From sequence record MT496969.1: a stretch of DNA of 40,313 bases. The stretch is one strand, 5' to 3'. This document shows, one piece after another, positions 18,938 to 29,365 of this stretch. The notes under the pieces are model-generated. The model did not search any database. It saw nothing but the letters and a program-made list of their open reading frames with translations, and was not told where the DNA came from. Position 1 is the stretch's first letter. Each line of letters starts with the position of its first letter. The position numbers were made by a program, and so were the translations under genes. Source of the DNA: Escherichia phage Mt1B1_P3.

Positions 18938-18960
18938 TCTCCCTATAGTGATAGTTTAGT
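18938..18960 (-). promoter_or_regulatory. Phage RNAP promoter phi10, TSS about 18943
   Basis: Minus strand ACTAAACTATCACTATAGGGAGA; initiating GGGAGA identical to T7 class III promoters; directly upstream of capsid gene. Confidence 0.7.
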
Positions 18961-18961
18961 C

Positions 18962-19882
18962 CTACAGGCTTGAGGCAGCTACCTTAGCGCGAACTTCCAT
19001 AGTGTATTTAGCGTCACGCAGGTATCGCGGGTCACTCATGGCCTTAATCATGTCAGCCTTGGAGCTGAATGCTTCGGTCTGAGGAGCCTTAGGTGCGACC
19101 ACAGGTTTAGCCTGAGTGGTGATGGTACGCTGAGGTTTAACACCCACAGCTTTACCCAGAGTCTTGCCAGCCAGATTCAGCAGAGCTTTGGTAGTCGCAA
19201 TGTCCTTACGAACGATAGCAGCTTCCAGTGCTTCACGAGTTGATGGGTCGTTGGACTCAAGGTGTGACAGGATGCGATTAAACTGTTCAGCTCCGCCAGC
19301 GTAGCGAACCACACCAGCAGCATACTGTTCAGCCAGAGCTTCCTGACCACGGACAAACGAATCTACGAAACGCTTGGTGTAACCTGCTTCCTGCAACTTA
19401 GCGTAGGATGCGTCAGACAGCTTACCGTCCTTGGCGTATTCAGCCTTGATAGCGGTAATTTCATCAGCAGTGACCTTGCCGGCTTCTACAGCAGAAGACA
19501 CCATGTCGTCAAATGCAGCTTCGTTTTCATCCAGAGCGGTGACACTTTCGGTCAGCTCTTTAGGTGCATCACCAAGTTCTACGAACTCAGGTTGCTCACC
19601 ATCTGTCTCAGACTCTTCGTCATCTGACTCGTGGTCTTCTTCACCTTCAGTCTCTTCGACGTTTTCGTCTTCTTCGGTCGCCTCTTCGTTTTCGGCTTCC
19701 AGTTGCTTGAAGGTAATAGCGTCATCGCCATCACGAACAGCTACGTCCTGTTCAAGCATAGACTTCTGGTGTTCGTTCAGGTCCTCAACGGAACCAGTGA
19801 TTGCATTAGAGCTAACGCCGAACTCGGCATAAACTGATTGAGACATTAAGTCATTCTCCTTTAAGTCGTTAATAGGAAACAC
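18962..19882 (-). CDS. 9: Capsid assembly (scaffolding) protein gp9
   Basis: 306 aa, strongly acidic with Glu/Asp-rich tract; T7 gp9 is 307 aa at same position. Confidence 0.88.
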   Translation of the reverse strand: MFPINDLKENDLMSQSVYAEFGVSSNAITGSVEDLNEHQKSMLEQDVAVRDGDDAITFKQLEAENEEATEEDENVEETEGEEDHESDDEESETDGEQPEFVELGDAPKELTESVTALDENEAAFDDMVSSAVEAGKVTADEITAIKAEYAKDGKLSDASYAKLQEAGYTKRFVDSFVRGQEALAEQYAAGVVRYAGGAEQFNRILSHLESNDPSTREALEAAIVRKDIATTKALLNLAGKTLGKAVGVKPQRTITTQAKPVVAPKAPQTEAFSSKADMIKAMSDPRYLRDAKYTMEVRAKVAASSL

Positions 19883-19936
19883 AACAACCTGCCCTCCCGT
19901 TACGGCTGGCTATGCGTTCACTCACTCAAGTTGTGT

Positions 19937-19959
19937 TGTTCCTATAGTGATAGTTTAGG
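19937..19959 (-). promoter_or_regulatory. Phage RNAP promoter phi9, TSS about 19942
   Basis: Minus strand CCTAAACTATCACTATAGGAACA upstream of scaffold gene; overlaps the portal gene stop. Confidence 0.65.
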
Positions 19960-21523
19960 CTTGAGCCATGTCCTCACCAGCTCCCTGACCTACAGCAGCA
20001 CCCATGTTAGCACCAGCAGCACTAGCACCTTGGACAACTGCCTGTTGAGACGACTGCTCTGCCATGCGCTGAATCTTCTCGTCTTGCGTCAGGAGTAGGC
20101 CAGCGGTGTCGATGCCCAGAGCGTTCAGGAGTCGCAGCTTAAGGGTCGGCAAATTGATGTCCGGGTCCTGAGATAGCGGCTGAAGACCAGTCATCATGTT
20201 AACCGCCTGAGTCAGCTTCTCCAAGTCCTGACCACGGCCCAGAGCTTCCAGACCAGTTGAGACAGTAGGCTCTACCGCTTCTTTCGGAAGGTCAGGAATC
20301 ATGCCAGCAGACTGAAGTTGGTTCATCAGCACACGGACGATAGGTAACTGAAGCTCTTGTGACTGTACTGAATACACGCCACCTAAGGTCGCCTCCAGTT
20401 CGCCAGCAACATAACGAATCTCTTCGGCAGTGACTCGCTCGGCATTACGCTGAACAGCACTATTGAGAAGGAAGGCCCAGCCTAGACGTTGCTCGATAGC
20501 GTCAGCCACCGATTTAGCAATCGTAAAGTCCTGACCTTTCGTCAGTTGCAGAAAGTTGATGTCCTCAACGCGACCAGCCACGAACTCACCTGTAGCCGCC
20601 TTATTCAGACGACGAGGTTGCGTGATACCGTTCGGGTTAACGAGGCCCACCACTTTGGAGGCTACCTTAGCCATTTTGGTGATAGCTTCTGTAATCGTCT
20701 CCAGCGAGTTCAGGTCTCCCAGATACTCCTCGCAATAAGAGCGCCCATAGTCTTCACCGTCCAGTCGAACCATTCGTACCGGGATGTATGGACAGGCAGT
20801 CAGTGGGTAAGAACCATCGGTCCCTGCTACCTCAATGCCTTCCACTTCCTCGTAGCGTAGATACTCGTCGTCCTGACGGTAAATGTGCGTATACACTTCC
20901 AGCTCGGTGTCAGGCTCATAGTCGTCTGCGTTGAGTTGAGACTTCACGTCTTCCGGTAGAGCACTAAACGCTACCTTGTCGAGAGTCACAATCTGCAAGA
21001 TGTTACCGAACGCATCACGTTGAACAACGTAAGACACTAAGCGGTACATTCGCATGGGACTGTAGGTTCCCTGTTCAGGCTCTGGAATGTAGAGCAGACA
21101 GTTACCGGAGACTATAAGCTGCTTCAGAGCTTCGAACAATGGAACACGGAAACTGTTTGTCTCCATGTAGGCCATCAACACACGCTCGACCATAGCAAGC
21201 CCCTCGTCAACACGAGCAGCAGCCTCTGAGTCCTGACTCAAGGTCTTAGCCTCATATTCGGAGACTGTAAGTCGCATCCACGGTGACTGGGGGAATAATG
21301 CCAACATCAGCTTTGCAGCCAAGTTGTTCAAACATCGAGCACCTACAGCTTGCCACGGAGTGGTGTACTCAGTAGACGAGTTGTCGGACTCCTTAGGAAA
21401 CAGTGACGGGATAGTGACAGCAGCACAATTCTGAGCGCGTGTCTCATATGGCTGTCTACCGTTCTTCAGTCGGTCATAGACCGCTTTGGCCCCTTCAGCA
21501 GCGAACCCTTCACGTTCAGCCAT
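19955..21523 (-). CDS. 8: Portal (head-to-tail connector) protein gp8
   Basis: 522 aa vs T7 gp8 536 aa; position between gp7.3 and gp9. Confidence 0.93.
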   Translation of the reverse strand: MAEREGFAAEGAKAVYDRLKNGRQPYETRAQNCAAVTIPSLFPKESDNSSTEYTTPWQAVGARCLNNLAAKLMLALFPQSPWMRLTVSEYEAKTLSQDSEAAARVDEGLAMVERVLMAYMETNSFRVPLFEALKQLIVSGNCLLYIPEPEQGTYSPMRMYRLVSYVVQRDAFGNILQIVTLDKVAFSALPEDVKSQLNADDYEPDTELEVYTHIYRQDDEYLRYEEVEGIEVAGTDGSYPLTACPYIPVRMVRLDGEDYGRSYCEEYLGDLNSLETITEAITKMAKVASKVVGLVNPNGITQPRRLNKAATGEFVAGRVEDINFLQLTKGQDFTIAKSVADAIEQRLGWAFLLNSAVQRNAERVTAEEIRYVAGELEATLGGVYSVQSQELQLPIVRVLMNQLQSAGMIPDLPKEAVEPTVSTGLEALGRGQDLEKLTQAVNMMTGLQPLSQDPDINLPTLKLRLLNALGIDTAGLLLTQDEKIQRMAEQSSQQAVVQGASAAGANMGAAVGQGAGEDMAQA

Positions 21524-21534
21524 TCGTCACCTCC

Positions 21535-21786
21535 TTAAATAGAAATACCACCACCAGAGGTGCGAGAGACCTGAAGGCTCCGCTTACCTGAACGCTTCAC
21601 TTTCTTCTCATCAGATGCGGTTGCTTCGGTATCCACATCTTCCACTTTATCGTTCGGTACTTCCACTGGTGCTGCTGCTGGGGTCGGAGCCTCAACAACC
21701 TTAGGTGCATCGTCAGAGCCAAGACCCACTGTCCCTAACGTACTTTTCACCACTTTCTTGAAAGCCTTACTGATTGATTTACCCAC
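21535..21786 (-). CDS. 7.3: gp7.3-like tail/host-range protein
   Basis: 83 aa, Ala/Pro/Lys-rich low-complexity protein at T7 gp7.3 position. Confidence 0.65.
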   Translation of the reverse strand: MGKSISKAFKKVVKSTLGTVGLGSDDAPKVVEAPTPAAAPVEVPNDKVEDVDTEATASDEKKVKRSGKRSLQVSRTSGGGISI

Positions 21787-22201
21787 GGTTAATCTCCTTG
21801 TTCGTGCTAACGCACTTGGTTGTTACGATGTCTACCGACCCAGAAACATGCTTGACACGAGAATACCAGCCAAGACCCCACTGCTTGCACTCTTCGTCTA
21901 TGATGTGCCTGACAGTCTCAAGAACCTTGCGGGAGGACTGCGAGTCACGACGAATAGCGACGATTGAAAGGTCAAGACCGGGAGTCGGTCGGTGCCAAGA
22001 TGCGGTAGCCAGCATGTAGAGATACGCTACTGGTTGACCTGAGACATCGTAGATTGTGTACTCCTCACCGTCGAACTCGTCAGCCATACGGTAAGTATGA
22101 GCCTTGAAGTCCTCGAATGACTTGAAGTTAGACTGCCCGTCTTCCCAGAGGCGACAAGCGCACATGTGGCGGCCTTCGCGTGAGTTGAGATATGGTAGCA
22201 T
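21779..22201 (-). CDS. gp7-like protein (hypothetical)
   Basis: 140 aa ORF at the T7 gene 7 position (T7 gp7 is 133 aa); called on position and size only. Confidence 0.55.
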   Translation of the reverse strand: MLPYLNSREGRHMCACRLWEDGQSNFKSFEDFKAHTYRMADEFDGEEYTIYDVSGQPVAYLYMLATASWHRPTPGLDLSIVAIRRDSQSSRKVLETVRHIIDEECKQWGLGWYSRVKHVSGSVDIVTTKCVSTNKEINRG

Positions 22202-22205
22202 TGTC

Positions 22206-22430
22206 TTACCCCATGTTGACGCCAGAGTTACGCATAGCGCGACTTACTGACGATTTATCTTTAGGTGCAGACTCCTTCTTGACCTTCAGGTCTTTGATAC
22301 CTTTGGTCTCGTTGGTGCCCACGTCCGATTCAGCCCCGATGTCAACTGACGCAACTTCCTCACTCAGAGGTGCTGGTTCAGGTGCTTGGACCGAAGGCTT
22401 CGGAGTGCTAATCTTTGGACTGAAACACAT
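22206..22430 (-). CDS. 6.7: gp6.7-like head protein
   Basis: 74 aa beginning MCFSPKISTPK, matching T7 gp6.7 N-terminus MCFSPKIKTPK. Confidence 0.8.
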   Translation of the reverse strand: MCFSPKISTPKPSVQAPEPAPLSEEVASVDIGAESDVGTNETKGIKDLKVKKESAPKDKSSVSRAMRNSGVNMG

Positions 22431-22444
22431 AGTCCCTCCTACAG

Positions 22445-22717
22445 TTAATCAAACTGAACGGTATCTTTCAGCTCACGACGCATAGCAATCGCAGAGTCGA
22501 GAGTGTCAGAACAATACTGGAGACCCTTGATGAACCCGGCAATGAACGCATCGCTGTAGCCCTGCTGCTTGAGGAGACTGATAGCTCCCATCTTCTCAGC
22601 GTAGCTTGCGTTGAACAATACGTGCAGAAACTGGATGGCAGACTGGGAGATGTTCGGGACATCAAGTCTTTCTTCCTGTAACTGCTTAACAACGTTTTCA
22701 ATAGCATTAATCGCCAT
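22445..22717 (-). CDS. 6.5: gp6.5-like protein
   Basis: 90 aa at the T7 gene 6.5 position downstream of phi6.5. Confidence 0.65.
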   Translation of the reverse strand: MAINAIENVVKQLQEERLDVPNISQSAIQFLHVLFNASYAEKMGAISLLKQQGYSDAFIAGFIKGLQYCSDTLDSAIAMRRELKDTVQFD

Positions 22718-22778
22718 CTTGAATCTCCTCTTTAAGTTAAGACTAAAGTCTATCTTATAGTCATATCTTAGGTCCTAA

Positions 22779-22801
22779 AGTCCCTATAGTGATAGTTTAG
22801 T
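22779..22801 (-). promoter_or_regulatory. Phage RNAP promoter phi6.5, TSS about 22784
   Basis: Minus strand ACTAAACTATCACTATAGGGACT. Confidence 0.65.
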
Positions 22802-22927
22802 GTTTCACCTATGGATGACTGTGGGATTAATAGGATATGACTATCGGTTAGACTCAGTGTTTAGGGCGGTTGTTCGACCCGAACCACTTGTACATGCAGT
22901 AAAGGGCCAGAAGTCCTGCCCAGTAGA

Positions 22928-23794
22928 TTACATGGGTGGTGTCCACAGGATGACCTCCTTGGACTTAGGGTCATAGTCGGAGGCTCGACAAATACGAGCG
23001 ACCTGAGCTTGGACCAGAAGTTCCTCCTCGGTCATCCCAGCTTTAGCAGCCAGAGTAACCATGCAGTCCCACAGCGTCATGTCTTCACGCTTTGGATACT
23101 TCTTCCACTCAGTCTTAATCTGGCCTTTGTTCTTGCCAGTCTTAAGCTCACGGCTCTCCTGCACGAAGTAGTACGGCTCGTCAAGGAACACACGAGTGGT
23201 GTCCTCACCCATCCCCGGAATCCCGCCATAGCCATCTGTAGTGTCACCCTTGATGGTCTGCTCCATGTGCCAGTAGTCTGCCTCGGCAGTCGTATGACTC
23301 AGTATTTCACCAGTGGTTAACCAGAAGAACTCACAGTTTGGGATGGTCTTGAAGTCCTTGTCACAGGACACCAGAACCGCATGGTCACATCCGACAATCT
23401 GAGGTCTGGTCCCGATGATGCCCATACAGTCATCACCCTCAAGCGTAGGACGCAGGAAGCTGTTGAACCGTGGGTCAGCCATCACTTCGGCTACGAACTT
23501 CTTGTAACCTACAGGCTTGCGAGAACCTTTACGGTTGGCCTTATAGGTAGGCAGGATGGACTTGCGCCAGTTCTCATCATCGGTGAAGCACATCACAATC
23601 TTAGCGTCTTTCCACGCCTTGCGCTTCTTAACGATTTCAGCGATGGTGTTCTCAAGGATACGACGAGCCTTGGCGTGGTCGCAGATAAGGGTATAAATAT
23701 CATCGCCCCAGTCTGTCTCGTCCTCGGCAGCAGCCATAGAAGAGAAGACCAGATAGTCACCATCCAGAACCAGAGCTATTTTCTTCTCTGACAT
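22928..23794 (-). CDS. 6: 5'-3' exonuclease gp6
   Basis: 288 aa; aligns with T7 gp6 (LVxDGDxLVF, CDHAKARxILE, KANRK, CDKDFKTIPNC, WDC...KAGMTEE); AGGAGG RBS. Confidence 0.95.
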   Translation of the reverse strand: MSEKKIALVLDGDYLVFSSMAAAEDETDWGDDIYTLICDHAKARRILENTIAEIVKKRKAWKDAKIVMCFTDDENWRKSILPTYKANRKGSRKPVGYKKFVAEVMADPRFNSFLRPTLEGDDCMGIIGTRPQIVGCDHAVLVSCDKDFKTIPNCEFFWLTTGEILSHTTAEADYWHMEQTIKGDTTDGYGGIPGMGEDTTRVFLDEPYYFVQESRELKTGKNKGQIKTEWKKYPKREDMTLWDCMVTLAAKAGMTEEELLVQAQVARICRASDYDPKSKEVILWTPPM

Positions 23795-24012
23795 TATGCC
23801 TCCTCAACGATGCAAACTGAAGAGAAGGCACGTACCGTTTCGACTTCCTCGGTCATTCCCTTCCAGCGGATATACGTCTCGTGTTTGATGGCTACCGACT
23901 TTGGCATTACCCGGGCTACTTCCCCTATACGCATAGCGTATGACTTACCAGCTAGGCAGAAAGCAACTTTTTGACCTACCTTAAGTTCTCGGCCTGATAC
24001 GTCTTGACTCAT
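23794..24012 (-). CDS. Hypothetical basic protein at the gene 5.9 position (not gp5.9-like)
   Basis: 72 aa MSQDVSGRELKVGQKVAFCLAGKSYAMRIGEVARV...; GGAGG RBS; coupled ATGA/TAATG overlaps on both sides. Unlike acidic T7 gp5.9. Confidence 0.65.
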   Translation of the reverse strand: MSQDVSGRELKVGQKVAFCLAGKSYAMRIGEVARVMPKSVAIKHETYIRWKGMTEEVETVRAFSSVCIVEEA

Positions 24013-24218
24013 AGACAGCCTCCGTGTTGGTTCAGGAACTTGGTGCCTTCAGCAGTAATCTCCCACGCACCGTTGTTACGCCCATCCATAGACAGGCAGC
24101 TTAGATGTCCACGACTCGCAGCCTCAGCCACAAGTGCAGCGTTATTGCGCACATAGTTGGACTGGAAGGTCTTCGGGCAGGACTTAAGGGCCGCTAGGAC
24201 CCGTAAGTATTCACTCAT
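24009..24218 (-). CDS. 5.7: gp5.7 homolog
   Basis: 69 aa; close to T7 gp5.7 (KSCPKTFQSNYVRNNAxLVAEAASRGH). Confidence 0.88.
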   Translation of the reverse strand: MSEYLRVLAALKSCPKTFQSNYVRNNAALVAEAASRGHLSCLSMDGRNNGAWEITAEGTKFLNQHGGCL

Positions 24219-24487
24219 TGCTTGAACCTCGTGCTGATATTGTAGACCTCTTGCAACTTGTCTTTCAGTTGTGACGCCAGAATAGACTTCAGGTGCAGCT
24301 CAATAGCAGCTTCGACCCCATGCTCTACAGCAGTCTCTACCAGCTTCCGTGCCATGCCATCCAGTTTCTCACCGGAGACATAAGCCTTGGTAATCTTCAC
24401 CAGCTCAAGAACGTATGACTCCACGTCCTCAGGCGTAAAGACAATCTTCATGTCAAACTTACAGGTCAGGCGTTTGGTCATAGCCAT
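24215..24487 (-). CDS. 5.5: gp5.5-like protein (H-NS binding in T7)
   Basis: About 90 aa starting MAMTKR (T7 gp5.5-like N-terminus); ATG at 24487 overlaps DNAP stop (TAATG) with AAGGAG upstream; track ORF starts at an upstream GTG. Confidence 0.65.
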   Translation of the reverse strand: MAMTKRLTCKFDMKIVFTPEDVESYVLELVKITKAYVSGEKLDGMARKLVETAVEHGVEAAIELHLKSILASQLKDKLQEVYNISTRFKQ

Positions 24488-26658
24488 TAGTGACACTCCT
24501 TCCACGTTGGTCCAATCTTACCTTCGGTATCAAGGACACATTTAAAGTTATAGAACTCACCCACCTTACGCATAGCAAGTTGAGCAATCTTGACGACTTC
24601 TTCGGCAATCTCCTGAGTACGACACGCAATCTGTAGCTCATCGTGAACCCAAGCCATGTACGCAAAGTCACCTTCCCAGCCGTGAACATACCCGGCATCT
24701 TCGAGCATACGTTCAGTCTCGACAATCCAGTGCTTACAGACTACCGCACCATCGCCTTGAAGTAAGGCGTTAAGTGCTGAGTGTGGAGACCGGATGTGGA
24801 TACGCCGACCATCAAGTCCACGCAACCAACGGCGTTTCCACTTGACGATGTTCTCTCCGTCCACCCACTTAGAGTCTGAGATTAACGTATCACTCACAGC
24901 TTCCCTGAGGTCCTTGATGGCTGGTGTGCCCTCAATGAATTTCTTCATGAGAGCTGAACCTTCCTTCTTACCACCGCCAACTATCAGTCCAATCTTCGCG
25001 GCCCCTGCACCATACAGGAACGCATAGATGAACGTCTTAGCGTTATTACGGAAAGCATCATGGTCGTGGCTCGACTTGTCGCGTGGGACGTTAGGTGCTA
25101 ACCCAGCGTTTACTGCGTTGGCCCAGTGTATGTCCCCTTCGACCACAGTCTTCGCATAGTCTCCACCATCAAACGGAGCCGCTCGGTTCCCTAGACAACG
25201 AAGCTCAAGACCTGAAGCATCCACGCCTACTTGAATCCAAGGGTCTGGCTTACCATCCGTCTTGTTCCAAGCTGCACCGAAAGCACCACGGCAAGTCTCA
25301 CCGTATGGAGCACCGTTAGCCGGGACTTGAGCCATGTTTGGTGAACTGTGAGTCGCACGTCCGGTTACTGCCCCGCATGGGTTTATTGAACCGTGCATAC
25401 GTCCGTCTGGACCTACAAGTTTCAACCATGCGTTCTTACCTTCAGCAGCCTGACCGATGCGCTTCTGGACTACCAGATACTCACGGACCAGCTCTACGCA
25501 AGCCTGAGCCTCTTCGTCTGGCAACTTAACGTGTTCTAACGTCTCGTCATCGACCACAGGTTTCCCGGTGTCAGTGAAGTCCACAGGCTCCCAGCCACGC
25601 TCCATCAGAACTTTCGCTAAGTGGTCCCCGCTTCCCGGATTGAACTCAACGTAAGTGATAGGTGTGAATGGTGCTCCCTCCATCGTGTCTCGCGTATCGC
25701 GTTCACAAGGTTCAAGACCTAAGCGTTGAGCTTTGTTCTTCGGCTTCTTAAAGATGCCACCGACCTTAGGATACACGACTCTCGGATACTTCGGAAGGTC
25801 CTTGCCTGTACGTGGGTGCTTGAAGAACTCCTTTCCGCCCTTTGGTGCGTACCAGCTACCGAAAGTCGAACGCAGCTTGTCCAGCAACTCTGCACGTTTG
25901 ACGGTGAGTTCACGATATAAGCCTTCGACCATCTCGGTGTTCATCGGATAGCCGTTACGCTCCATCTTCGCACAGGTCCACGCAGCATCGTGTTCCAGAC
26001 GCAACGCATAAATCTGGTCGAAAGCGAACTGTTCAGACTGGAAGTAATACTTGTCAGTCAGGAACTTCTTGAACAACGCCAGTGTGACCACAACGTCTTG
26101 AACGTTATAGTCCAGCATCTCCTGAGACGGGAACAACCATTCGTCCCCAGCCTTATATTCGATACCTTCAGCCTTGCATTTGGCAACGTAATCGTGTTTG
26201 TACTCACCCTTCATCTCACCGAGACGATAGCCCCAAGCCTCAAGAGACTGACGTCCCATCATACTAGGTGGCAGACGACCAGATTTCACTGCGCCCATGT
26301 CTGAGAACTTAATGTTTGGATACATCAAGCGGCCCAGCACCAAGGTATCAATCATCTTGTGTTTCGGGAAGTTAAAGCGTTTCCCAAAGTACAGACGTTT
26401 CAGCTTGTCTATAGCAGGGACGTCATAGTTGATACCGTTATGGAATACCAGCATACCATCAGGTGATGCGGCAATCTCTTCCACTTTATGAACATACTCT
26501 TTGAAGCCACCGACGATACCGACCATCGGAGCTACCCCATACTTAAGGGTCTCATTCGACTCGGCGTTAATCAGGACCCCACAGTGAAACTGGGAGACTG
26601 TATCAAGGAGACCGTTGGTCTCGATGTCAGAACCCCAGATACTCTTAAGGTCAAACAT
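24487..26658 (-). CDS. 5: DNA polymerase gp5
   Basis: Collinear with T7 DNAP (DIETNGLL, FHNGxxYDVPA, GKPxPKYPR, GDFAYMAWVHDE, LDTEGKxGP). Start placed at ATG 26658 (MFDL...) with GGAGG RBS; track start 26694 is an upstream GTG. Confidence 0.96.
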   Translation of the reverse strand: MFDLKSIWGSDIETNGLLDTVSQFHCGVLINAESNETLKYGVAPMVGIVGGFKEYVHKVEEIAASPDGMLVFHNGINYDVPAIDKLKRLYFGKRFNFPKHKMIDTLVLGRLMYPNIKFSDMGAVKSGRLPPSMMGRQSLEAWGYRLGEMKGEYKHDYVAKCKAEGIEYKAGDEWLFPSQEMLDYNVQDVVVTLALFKKFLTDKYYFQSEQFAFDQIYALRLEHDAAWTCAKMERNGYPMNTEMVEGLYRELTVKRAELLDKLRSTFGSWYAPKGGKEFFKHPRTGKDLPKYPRVVYPKVGGIFKKPKNKAQRLGLEPCERDTRDTMEGAPFTPITYVEFNPGSGDHLAKVLMERGWEPVDFTDTGKPVVDDETLEHVKLPDEEAQACVELVREYLVVQKRIGQAAEGKNAWLKLVGPDGRMHGSINPCGAVTGRATHSSPNMAQVPANGAPYGETCRGAFGAAWNKTDGKPDPWIQVGVDASGLELRCLGNRAAPFDGGDYAKTVVEGDIHWANAVNAGLAPNVPRDKSSHDHDAFRNNAKTFIYAFLYGAGAAKIGLIVGGGKKEGSALMKKFIEGTPAIKDLREAVSDTLISDSKWVDGENIVKWKRRWLRGLDGRRIHIRSPHSALNALLQGDGAVVCKHWIVETERMLEDAGYVHGWEGDFAYMAWVHDELQIACRTQEIAEEVVKIAQLAMRKVGEFYNFKCVLDTEGKIGPTWKECH

Positions 26659-26681
26659 GGTTAATCCTCCGTTTAGTCTAA

Positions 26682-26719
26682 TCATAAAGGCCACTCGCTG
26701 TGAATGACCTTGAGTCTAG
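26682..26719 (-). promoter_or_regulatory. Putative RNase III processing hairpin (R4.7-like) upstream of DNAP
   Basis: Second copy of ATAAAGGCCAC-N-ATGACCTTGAGTCTA element. Confidence 0.45.
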
Positions 26720-26721
26720 AC

Positions 26722-28601
<1,880 letters not shown>

Positions 28602-28648
28602 TCACTCCTTAATCACAAATGCGAACAAAGGGACAGGACTAATTGTCC

Positions 28649-28671
28649 CATCCCTAAGGTGATAGTTTAGG
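28649..28671 (-). promoter_or_regulatory. Variant phage promoter upstream of gene 4, followed by 5' hairpin
   Basis: Minus strand CCTAAACTATCACCTTAGGGATG (two changes at -4/-3 vs consensus); transcript would begin with GGGACA-N8-UGUCCC hairpin (plus 28630-28649). Confidence 0.5.
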
Positions 28672-28882
28672 CTTTGAAGAACTGAGCCAACTGGTCAGCT
28701 TTGGTATCAGCCTGACGAGCCTTCATTCCAGCTTCCAGTGACGCGATGGTCAGCTTGTCAGCCAGAGCAGCAGCATCAGCCGCACCGTCCGCATTCTTCT
28801 TTTCTACCTTTCGTTCCAGTACCGCAGCACGACGATACCCACGCACCACCAGACGACCAAGAAATTCGATAATTTTAATCAT
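28667..28882 (-). CDS. Hypothetical 71-aa protein (Ala/Lys-rich, predicted helical)
   Basis: MIKIIEFLGRLVVRGYRR...ADAAALADKLTIASLEAGMKARQADTKADQLAQFFKA; ATG with AAGGGAG RBS; occupies the slot of T7 gene 3.8 but unrelated to HNH endonuclease. Confidence 0.6.
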   Translation of the reverse strand: MIKIIEFLGRLVVRGYRRAAVLERKVEKKNADGAADAAALADKLTIASLEAGMKARQADTKADQLAQFFKA

Positions 28883-28906
28883 TTGGTTGTTCTCCCTTAG
28901 AGTTTA

Positions 28907-29365
28907 TTAACCACGGTCGGAAGTGACCAGTTCATTGGTAGACAGCCAGCGTTGCAAGTCAAAACTTGGACACGCCTTAGGTGCTACGTCATGGTGTGCT
29001 TTGATTTCTGCCTGAGGATACAGGACCTTCAGGTCAGCCAGCTTGTTGCGCAGGGAGTTCATCTGGGCTGGAGTGAAGTTAGCTTCAAACTGACCCTTAG
29101 CGTCAATTCCACCTACAAGGCAGACGCCTACTGACCGGGAGTTCCAATCCTTAACGTGTGACCCTACGACATTTACCGGGCGACCCTCTTCCACAGTACC
29201 ATCACGCTTGATGATAAAGTGGTAGCCTACATCCAGCCAGCCTTGCTGCTTGTGCCACATACGGATGGTCTCTACCCCGATGTCCATCTCTGGCTTGGTA
29301 GCCGAACAGTGCACGAAGATAGCGTCAGTCCGGGACCGTGGGTTGAACTGTACCTTACTTACCAT
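28907..29365 (-). CDS. 3.5: Lysozyme / N-acetylmuramoyl-L-alanine amidase gp3.5
   Basis: 152 aa; near-identical blocks to T7 lysozyme (DAIFVHCSATKP, WLDVGYHFIIKRDGTVE, VGVCLVGGID, KACPSFDL, NELVTSDRG). Confidence 0.96.
   Translation of the reverse strand: MVSKVQFNPRSRTDAIFVHCSATKPEMDIGVETIRMWHKQQGWLDVGYHFIIKRDGTVEEGRPVNVVGSHVKDWNSRSVGVCLVGGIDAKGQFEANFTPAQMNSLRNKLADLKVLYPQAEIKAHHDVAPKACPSFDLQRWLSTNELVTSDRG

Noticed and set aside
24459-24725. 88-aa minus-strand ORF overlapping the 3' end of the DNA polymerase gene
   Set aside because: Alternate frame of DNAP coding sequence; the gp5.5 homolog in the adjacent frame explains the region.
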